Source of the DNA: Octopus sinensis
Taxonomy: Eukaryota
Reading direction: 5' to 3'
Assembly: GCF_006345805.1 (NCBI RefSeq)
Contig: NW_021834822.1
Coordinates: 1-45,251, forward strand
DNA: 45,251 bases
In this document: piece by piece, positions 36,518 to 45,251 of the stretch
Position numbering within the stretch: position 1 is the first letter of the stretch
Layout of the letters: each line of letters starts with the position of its first letter
Program-made: the position numbers and the translations under genes
Notes under the pieces: model-generated
What the model was told of the DNA's origin: nothing
Database searches by the model: none
What the model saw: the letters and a program-made list of their open reading frames with translations, nothing else

Positions 36518-36594
36518 TTGGCTGACGAGCTACAAATGGATTTTTTGTAAGTAATATTACATTTAATTCATTAATAGCGAAACAATTGTCCCAA
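36518..36594 (+). ncRNA. Type I hammerhead ribozyme, right-arm copy
   Basis: TTGG-CTGACGA-GCTA(42 nt)TAGC-GAAA-CAATTG-TC-CCAA: all core nucleotides present, GUC triplet with predicted cut after 36590, palindromic stem III. Confidence 0.85.
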
Positions 36595-36875
36595 AATAAT
36601 CTGTATTTTTGTTATTTTTTTTTTGCCTGTCCGTGTGAGCTAACAGTCGTACTGACTTCATGGGAAACATGTATTTTCGTGGTTGAAACCTTTTGGATTA
36701 ACTGGTGCTAGAGTGAGCAATATAGTGACCACTCTCTTATATTTATTTTGTAAAAATATTATAATATGTTATAAAATATTATAATAATCCAGGTTTCTCG
36801 TAGCACTAGGCCACTTGGTGTTGAATAAATATACTATTAAATTAGTATCTAATTCTCTCACCCTTATTAATTAAT

Positions 36876-36908
<33 letters not shown>

Positions 36909-37650
36909 GTATGTATATGTATGTATATATGCATATTTATATATATAAATGTGTTTATGTGTATTTGTGTGTATAATATTACACCTCTTGTTACACACTC
37001 CCACCCCACTCCTTAGAAACCTCCATATACCATCACTCAACTTTTCGTTACTTCTTTACCTTCTTGATATCCAAATGATATCCTCTAAGGATTTTACTAA
37101 CTCCTGGATATGTTACGTATCTTGGAATTTTCCTGGTATATCTTTCTACGTACATAAGTATGTATGAATACCGCAAATATCACAAATCACGTGTTTTATC
37201 AAGTGATTTCCTTTCTATCATTCATTCATTCTTTCTTTCTTTCTTCTTTCTTTCTGTTGTTTCTTTATTTTTGTTTGTTTACTGGTTTTTGTTAGTTAAT
37301 TTGTCATTCTGTTCATATTTCTTTATTCATTCAACACGCCTCACTATCCCATTCCACTTCAAGCCCACTTCTCACACGTATATATACATGTCCCAAGGGT
37401 GAATAACAAACATACAGGGACAGAAACCGACAAATATTTCTTGACATTTTGGTTTAATAACTGCTTCGGTACGTGTCCGGAACATGTATATATATAATTT
37501 GTTTTCGAATAAGCCTCTTTCTGATAACATATATCTAATTTTGATATTAGCTTGAATCTAACACATGCGCATATGGGCATATCTTCCTACGTACATAAGT
37601 ATGTATGAATACCGCAAATATCACAAATCACGTGTTTTATCAAGTGCTTT

Positions 37651-37886
37651 TCTTGGACATTGGACATTGTTGTAGAGCTGAAAAAGAAGTAATTTCTACT
37701 CTTCTGCTATGGAAGCCATCTACTCGCAATACCAGAGGGCACACACTCTCCTACCCTGATGTAATCTCCAGGGATACAGGCATCCAGCAACAGGACCTCT
37801 GTAATGCCATGATGGACCGTGAAGTCTGGCGTAGCATGGTAAATTCCATTGTCTCGACCACGGTCGAACAATGATGATGATGATGG
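37651..37886 (+). mobile_element. RTE-clade LINE 3' end with (TGA)n tail
   Basis: GHCCRAEKEVISTLLLWKP...RG...YPDVISRDTG...AMMDREVWRSMV followed by (TGA)n; 11-bp TSD TATGGGCATAT at 37572-37582 and 37887-37897. Confidence 0.85.
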
Positions 37887-38283
37887 TATGGGCATATTCT
37901 AGCGGCGGAGTTGTAAACACATCAGGTTTTCATACGGAATGTGCGTTTACAATTTGGAACTTTGGAACTAAAATTCTAAAACCCTCACAGACTGTCATAG
38001 TATCTTATATTTCTGAAATAAATCACTGAATTAACATCGCTGTTTCAAGAGTGAACATTAAAATATATGGATTGAGAGGATTCGAGACTCTGAGTTGATA
38101 ATATTTCATGGACAACCAGCCAATTGACCAGCGATAGGTTGACCCCTTCAGGCCAGTACATGACACAGCCGTTACAAGGTGAATTCTGTCGCGTTCGAAT
38201 TCAGATATTTAACTTCAGGGAACATATAACGGCATAACGTAAAAAAAAATATTGAGGTGTTTGTTGAAAAATATTGATATGTT

Positions 38284-38645
38284 TCCGGGTTCAATCCCAC
38301 TGCGTGGCATCTTGGGCAAGTGTCTTCTGCTATAGCCCCGGGCCGACCAATGCCTTGTGAGTGGATTTGGTAGACGGAAACTGAAAGAAGCCTGTCGTAT
38401 ATATGTATATATATATGTATGTGTGTGTCTATTTGTGTGTCTGTGTTTGTCCCCCTAGCATTGCTTGACAACCGATGCTGGTGTGTTTACGTCCCCGTCA
38501 CTTAGCGGTTCGGCAAAAGAGACCAATAGAATAAGTACTGGGCTTACAAAGAGTAAGTCCCGGGGTCGATTTGCTCGACTAAAGGCGGTGCTCCAGCATG
38601 GCCGCAGTCAAATGACTGAAACAAGTAAAAGAGTAAAAGAGAGAG
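38284..38645 (+). mobile_element. SINE family B, 5'-truncated, young
   Basis: Near-identical to 35157-35510. Confidence 0.93.
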
Positions 38646-38963
38646 AGTATGCCATGGCCACTGTACCGAGATTGTATACTAAGATTTTTCGCGGCATTTT
38701 CACTGTTCTGTGAATCTGTGATCTTAGATTAGATTGCTATTTTTACATTGCATTTCGATGATGGATGTGTTACAATACCCGAATTCCATGTCAAGTTGTT
38801 AATTTTACATTCCTAGGAGTTTAAATGATAAAGAAACAACAAAGATTATTAGTGTAATAAAATGTAATTTTATGTCAAGCTTTTATGCATTACATGTTAC
38901 GTAAAGCAATCGTAGATGAAGTTATTCTGACATTACTGTGATTTCAGATAATAAAGGGAAATG

Positions 38964-39345
38964 AAGCACTCCGTCGGTTACGACGATGAGGGTTCTGGTT
39001 GATCCGAATCAACGGAACAGCCTGCTCGTGAAATTAACGTGTAAGTGGCTGAGCACTCCACAGACACGTGCACCCTTAACGTAGTTCTCGGGGGATATTC
39101 AGCGTGACACAGAGAGTGACAAGGCCGGCCCTTTGAAATACAGGTACAACAGAAACAGGAAGTAAGAGTGAGAGAAAGTTGTGGTGAAAGAGTACAGCAG
39201 GGATCACCACCATCCCCTGCCAGAGCCTCGTGGAGCTTTTAGGTGTTTTCACTCAATAAACACTCACAACGCCCGGTCTGGGAATCGAAACCGCGATCCT
39301 ATGACCGCGAGTCCGCTGCCCTAACCACTGGGCCATAGCGCCTCC
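38964..39345 (-). mobile_element. tRNA-derived SINE, family C (~380 bp)
   Basis: A box TGGCCCAGTGG, B box GTTTCGATTCC; homologous over its full length to 41307-41686. Resembles published octopus tRNA-derived SINEs (recalled). Confidence 0.9.
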
Positions 39346-40581
39346 ACCTTTCAGATAATATTGATACAAGAGACATGATACCGTGATTACATATTATTTT
39401 ATATTTCTTTGATTTTTGCATTGCGTTATTTCTTGCTATTCTCTTTCTTTCTATTCTTCGTAACTTTAGCTTAAATTTCAACGATGTATTCCGCGTTGAA
39501 CTCCTTGAAATCCCATATATCGCTTTCATGATCACTCAATAAGCAGTTCAAAATCCAGTGACGCAGAAATATACTTGGAAACCTGAACTTCGTTTATCTT
39601 TGCAAGTTGATAACCACGAGAAAAATTTAAGTCTTTAGTTTTTGAAGAAGTAGATAGTACTGAAATCTTCCCGCCTGTTCAAGAACTTATTCTTTCTGTT
39701 CTAGAAGTCTCTGTTAAAAACACCCACAGTAGTGAAATATTTCGGCACTATGATTAGTGAAAAACTTAGTCATGATAAAAACATTATTGATAATCGTCTA
39801 TATTTTATTGTGTCTTTTGAATATATTTCATGTAAATGTTTTCAGGAACAAACATAAATTTATTCAGAAAGATATTCATATATTCAGACAAGATTCAAGA
39901 TGTTTGAGATTTTTACTTCATTGTAACCCTTCTAAAATCCAAGAAACAGAAAATTTAAATAATCAAGTACGTTTTCCATTTGCATCTGCATTTTTCTGTC
40001 GTGAACTTTGCTCACAAAAACTTGAAATAACACTTCTTCAATCCTACCTTAAGAAAATTCATGTAGCACTTAGCTTATGTATGTTACTTTTACCTATAAT
40101 AATATAATTATATAATACAATCCCGTCTGTTTTTCACTCTCTAGAATCAGTAAGATATCAGCATGTTGCACAATGATTCTTTTTCATGATTTATTCAATA
40201 TTCTTATGTTCATCGATAGTATATTGTGTACATTCTTTTCAATTCAAGGTTTCTAAGTTCCAACTCTATTATGAGAATGTCAGTTTATATATCTTGGTCA
40301 ATAATCAATATGTATATTGTATGTATGGAAGTATTTTTTGTATTATTCTACTTAGGATTAAAAAAGAAATAATTTTAAGATTCCTCTATCCTGATTTGTC
40401 GTATATATATAAATATGTGTGTGCGTGTATTATTGTTTAGTAACTCAATATTCGAGACAAAATTGTAATAAATTACTACTGTGATATTTTTTTTTCTGTT
40501 AGTGGCATACATTTTATCTTCTGTATATAACGTTAACCTCAGTTTTGTAAAGACATTTTTAAGATGCTAGTTTTTAATACA

Positions 40582-40798
40582 AGTTTTAAATTTTGGAACA
40601 AGACCTGCAATTTCGGGGGAAGGATGATAGTCAATTACATCATCCTCAGTGCTCAACTGGTACCTATTTTATCGTCCCTGGAAGGATGAAAGGCAAAGTC
40701 GACCTCGGTCGAATTTGAACTCAAAAGTTAAAAACGGACGAAAGACTACTAAGCATTTTGTCCAGCGTGCTAACGATTCTGACAGTTCGCCAACCTTA
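40582..40798 (-). mobile_element. SINE family A
   Basis: GAAGGATGAAAGGCAAAGTCGACCTCGGTCGAATTTGAACTCA on the plus strand. Confidence 0.85.
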
Positions 40799-40849
40799 AA
40801 TAGTCTTTGAATATAAAGAAAAAAAAAAGAATGGGAAAAACTATTTCGG

Positions 40850-41062
40850 GTAGCAGACTGGCAGAATGGTCAGCACGCCAGACGCAGTACTTAGCGAGCT
40901 TTCGTTCGTCTTTTCGTTTTGAGTTCAAATTCTGCCGAGATCGACTTTGCCTCTCACCCTCCGGCGCGTCGATAAAATAAGTATCAGTAAGCACTGAGGT
41001 CGATAAAATCGAATTATCCCCCTCCGAAATTACTGGCATTGTGCCCAAATTCGAAACCAGTA
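40850..41062 (+). mobile_element. SINE family A
   Basis: CTGGCAGAATGGTCAGCACGCC head, GAGTTCAAATTCTGCCGAGATCGACTTTGCC. Confidence 0.85.
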
Positions 41063-41306
41063 TTAAAACAACCTTGTGTCATCATTGACACATTTAATCT
41101 AAGAAATGGGAAAACTTAATTGAAATTTAACCAATAACTAACTGAAAAATGAAAAAAAGAACGCCCAAAACTTAGAGGTGTAATTAATATTTTAAGAAAA
41201 GCATAGCGAATATAAATTTGCGGGATTATGAGTATTGCCATGGCTGTAAGTTTGAAACATATTATATGTTAGTTTACATGTTTATATGTTATTTTAATTA
41301 TTACTA

Positions 41307-41686
41307 GGAGTCGCAATGGCCCAGTGGTTAGGGCAGCGGACTCGCGGTCGGAGGATCACGGTTTCGATTCCCAGACCGGGCATTGTGAGTGTTTATTCAG
41401 CGAAAACACCTAAAGTTCCACGAGGCTCCGGCAGGGGATGGTGGTGAACCCTGCTGTACTCTTTCACCACAACTTTCTCTCGCTCTTTCTTCCTGTTTCT
41501 CTTGTACCTGTATTTCAAAGGGCCAGCCTTGTCACATTCTGTGTGTCACGCTGAATCTCCTCGAGAACTACGTTAAGGGTACACGTGTCTGTGGAGTGCT
41601 CAGCCACTGCACGTTAATATCACGAGCAAGCTGTTCCGTTGATCGTATCAGCTGGGACCCTCATCGTCGCAACCGACGGAGTGCTC
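41307..41686 (+). mobile_element. tRNA-derived SINE, family C
   Basis: GGAGTCGCAATGGCCCAGTGGTTAGGGCAGCGGACTCGCGGTC head; inverted relative to 38964-39345. Confidence 0.9.
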
Positions 41687-42199
41687 CTACTAATTATTAT
41701 CAAATCAGTTTGAGACTGATATTTAAGTTGGAATCTATGTAAGATACGGGTAATGCTCTGCTGATAGACACTAAGCTTGTAATTATCAAACAAATGTTTC
41801 AATGATCTCAATAAAATATTATGGTACCGGGCAATTATTTCATATAAACATTAAATGTTTTCTATATAAAAAAAGTGTTAGTATATTTTTGGAGAAAAAA
41901 GTTTACAATAAGTTTTGACTTTTAATGGGGATATGATAATTAATGAGTAATAATTTATTATTGTTAGCGTCGACCAAACTGCGTTATTATCTCTGGCAAT
42001 TTACGTTCTTAGATTCAATCAGGGTCGATAAAATTAAGTATCATTCAAGTACTGGACTCAATATAATCAACTAAATTTTTCTTGGGTCAAACAGAACGAA
42101 ATTTGTTCATGTGACCAAATTGACTTGGTTTCCTTCAAATATAACACTATCTCAGTGTCCTACAGAGCTTGCTCCAGTGAAGGGTTCTTTTTAGAGACA

Positions 42200-43150
42200 G
42201 GTGGACTAATTTGCACATTGGTAGCATTTGTAGGATAATGATGGGGCTCATCCTACTGGGCAATAGGAAACCTATCAGACGAGAAATATTTAGCACAGCA
42301 ATTAAATGCCAACTTGACATAAAATAAACATTATCATTATACTGTTATAGAATAAATAACTCTTTGATATTTTCATTTATCTGAGTGTTGATCTTATCGA
42401 GACACCATCTTCAAGAGCTATGTCAATCTCCAGGAACTATGACCTTGAATGTTCCCAAGATACTGTATGATAAGTGGTTGGTGCTAAAGCAGGTGTTAAA
42501 GATTCAAAGCATGTAAGAATCATAGCTCTAGAAGACTGTTGTCATTGACCTAACCAACACCATAGTGACCTAAGCAAATGAACAAAATTCCATTAACGCA
42601 ATCTTTGGCATTGAAGTCGTCTTTTGTGATAAACAGTTGTACATTGAAAGTATTTGATGTGGTTGTCAATTTAGTTGTAGGAGTGTTGATAGGGGGAGGG
42701 GGGTATACATGAAAATAAAAGACTAATTCATGCGTTGGGAAACATTTATTCTGTTGCAGAGCTGCCGTTATTTGCAGTTTGCGGTTGTGTATTACTTATT
42801 TTAGGTTTCTAGAATCTTTCAAATAGGGATCTAGGATAGAGCATTGTCAACGGTCACTGTTTTCGTATAGTTTCGGGATTGTTTACTACAACAATTGTCA
42901 TCGTAAGTTCACTTCAGCAACCAATCCTAAGTAAACTGGTTTTCTGCTCTTCCTCTTATTCAGAGCTGCTATTGTCGTTATCGTTCATGCTTGGTGCAGT
43001 CACTTGTCGAGACGTACCCAATACTCAAATCATGCAATAAAGTAACAACAACGCATGAACGCAGGCATTCCATAGTCCAAGCCTGGGGCGACCCCACTGT
43101 CCATTGCCAAGAGAGGTGGAACAGCAACTTACCAGTTGATTGCTGCTTAG
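42200..43150 (-). mobile_element. Possible ancient Penelope-like RT remnant
   Basis: Fragments GRP (~43090), NTFNVQLF (~42640) and FLEIDIALEDG...YLFYNS (~42345-42440) occur in the order expected for a PLE RT and thumb; very degenerate. Confidence 0.35.
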
Positions 43151-43927
43151 TCTAAAGTGGCCGGGAAGCTGGTCAATAAAATTTCTCCCAAAGTTATAAC
43201 CAACCCCTAATAGATGACCATACGACTCACAAGGTGGAATTTACACTCGTTAACTTGTTATTCCTCGAGTAGTATATGTAGCTGTGGATTGCTTCCAAGG
43301 TGCTGATTTGACAGCTAAGTTATACAGAAACTCAGCGTTCAAATTTTAGAATCTCTCGCCCGGTCGTGTTGGTAAAGGACAGGTAAAACCAATAAATTTA
43401 GTATCTACATAAATGTTGTAGCTGCCAGCGTAGTTTTGAGAACAGCATTAGACACGATTAGACTGCTTATATGACGACACTTCGAATATTCATTTAAGGT
43501 TAAATCTTTTGTCTTTGTCAGACTAAGAGCAAGCACAAGGTTGTGGAATCATTTAACCCATAGCTGTGTGTCGACAGGCACTGGGCTATTTTCAAATGTC
43601 ACTGTATCTATGATCTTCTCTGGTAAGTTTAAACTGAGAACATAAGAGGGTCAATCTCTGCTTCACAGCAAGAGTTATTACCTATGACTTGTTGGAGATA
43701 TTTGCAGAGAATGACTTAGACACATGCCTGTCTATATCGCATTGATGCTAGCTATTTAAGAAGATGAAGGCGAGAAGATGACAAGCACACGGCTCGCTTC
43801 ACTGACACAGAAAATGTATCAGAACCTCCATTTTGATACACATACACATACTTACACATACAAAGAAGCATACGCGCATATACACACACGCAGTCAAACA
43901 GACATAAATATACCTTGAACTCATGTG

Positions 43928-43958
<31 letters not shown>

Positions 43959-44104
43959 GTATATATATATATATATGCATATATGTATGTACATACAATA
44001 CGAATATATATGATATATCTATAGTATATGTATATATATATATATATATATAAAGTATATTCATATATGTATGTACATACAAATATGAATATATATGATA
44101 TATC

Positions 44105-44163
<59 letters not shown>

Positions 44164-44229
44164 GTATATTCATATATGTATGTACATACAAATATGAATA
44201 TGTATATATCTTTATGTATATGTATATAT

Positions 44230-44265
<36 letters not shown>

Positions 44266-44267
<2 letters not shown>

Positions 44268-45251
44268 TGTGTTGGGCCCACTTCTCTTCATCATCTACAT
44301 AAATGATATTACTGACACCATCAAACACAGCAACATCAGAACCTTCGCTGATAATTCCAGCTCCAGAAGGTCATCAATGGCGTGGATGACCGAATAAACC
44401 TTCAGTCAGACCTACTGGCTGTTGTTCAATGGGCGGAAAAGAAAAACATGTTGCTAAATGAAGACAAATTCGAACTGATCCACTTTGGAAGGGAGGACGC
44501 TCTGAAACTCCCATACCTCTTCCTTCTGGAGAAATTCTCATGGCATCCAACAACATCAGAGACCTGGGAGTAACAGTGGACAACAACATAAGCTGGGCTA
44601 CACATATAAGCAGCAAAGTTGACATGGCCCGCAGAATGTGTTCCTGGATTCTCAGAACCTTCCAGTCGAGAGATTCCCACGCTATATCCTTCTCTTCTCC
44701 ACTTTTCCCGACCCCACCTTGAATACTGCTGTCCACTGTGGTCTCCCTACACAAAACAAAATATTATGAAGATTGAAGCTCCCCAAAGGTCAATCACAAA
44801 AAAGATAGATGGCATGTCAGACCTTGACTACTGGGGTAGACTAGAGAAGCTGAAATTGTATTCACTCCAACGACGCCGTGAACGCTACATTATCTGTATG
44901 AGTGGGGAAAATATTCCATCAGCACTGTCCGAATGATGTTGGCATCACCTTCAAAATGCATCCACGGCTTGGACCACGTGCCATCCGTCCACAAACAAAA
45001 TCTTAAATCGCATCACATAACGACAATACGGCACAACTTTCACCTCATTTGGACCTGCTCTCTTCAACATTACACCAGGACACGTCAAAAAAGAAACTGA
45101 CCACACAAAATCAAGAAGTCTTTGGACAAATTCCTTCAAACAGTAACGGACAAACCACCCACACCCGAATATGTCTCCGCAAACAATAACTCTTGCTCGA
45201 ATGGGCCTTGGTGCCCAAATCCTGAACTGAAAGACTTCGCCAGGTGGTGCT
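44266..45251 (+). mobile_element. 5'-truncated CR1-group LINE (RT C-terminal half, frameshifted)
   Basis: [56 protein letters not shown] motifs; 5' junction lies in (TA)n. Confidence 0.92.

Larger units (their letters stand above)
35567..36879. mobile_element. Hammerhead-bearing palindromic element (retrozyme or Penelope pseudo-LTR-like) in (TA)n
   Basis: 35567-36156 is the reverse complement of ~36164-36749. Each arm is longer than one ~530-bp unit (period 532 left, 528 right) and carries one hammerhead. Confidence 0.85.

Noticed and set aside
36650-36690. SECIS-like hairpin (UGAC...AAA...UGAA) downstream of the hammerhead, considered because some Naiad PLEs encode selenoproteins
   Set aside because: Preceded by C rather than a purine, helix II is short and G-U rich, there is no helix I and no associated ORF. 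SECISearch would settle it.
35109-38645. Two near-identical direct repeats flanking the palindrome, suggesting LTRs or a composite transposon
   Set aside because: Both are young copies of an abundant SINE with different 5' ends, and there is no shared TSD around the pair.
41307-41380. tRNA-like sequence with A and B boxes (also 39272-39345 and 24380-24451)
   Set aside because: These are SINE heads continuing into SINE bodies, without a proper acceptor stem or terminator.
43973-44201. Palindromic repeats with spacers, superficially CRISPR-like
   Set aside because: Eukaryotic context, spacers are (TA)n, only 2-3 copies and no cas genes.

Overview
Animal genomic DNA, AT-rich and saturated with microsatellites. 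The SINE repertoire points to an octopus or related cephalopod (inference from recalled SINE sequences, not from a search). I see no convincing host protein-coding exon: almost every ORF in the track is microsatellite noise or transposon remnant, so this is probably intronic or intergenic. Recognisable elements: a full-length 1285-bp mariner (30-bp TIRs, TA TSD, transposase with 7 premature stops), a second mariner fragment, a decayed piggyBac, Tigger-like, mariner-like and hAT MITEs, a non-autonomous Helitron, several R4/Dong-type RLE retrotransposon remnants, RTE and CR1-type LINE 3' ends, Penelope-like (PLE) remnants and roughly 30 tRNA-derived SINE copies from about four families. The main unannotated signal is a set of type I hammerhead ribozyme motifs from several unrelated repeat families. 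Four lie within 770 bp (1680-2448), and two of those share a non-canonical CUGU core. The best case is a 1.3-kb near-perfect palindrome (35567-36879) built from a non-coding ~530-bp unit. Each arm is longer than one unit and carries one hammerhead, an architecture resembling a retrozyme or PLE pseudo-LTR inserted in (TA)n. Other notable items: a Dong-like family apparently targeting (CATA)n, and an RTE insertion that captured a 72-bp copy of nearby DNA inside its target-site duplication. All structures were read by eye and none were checked computationally.
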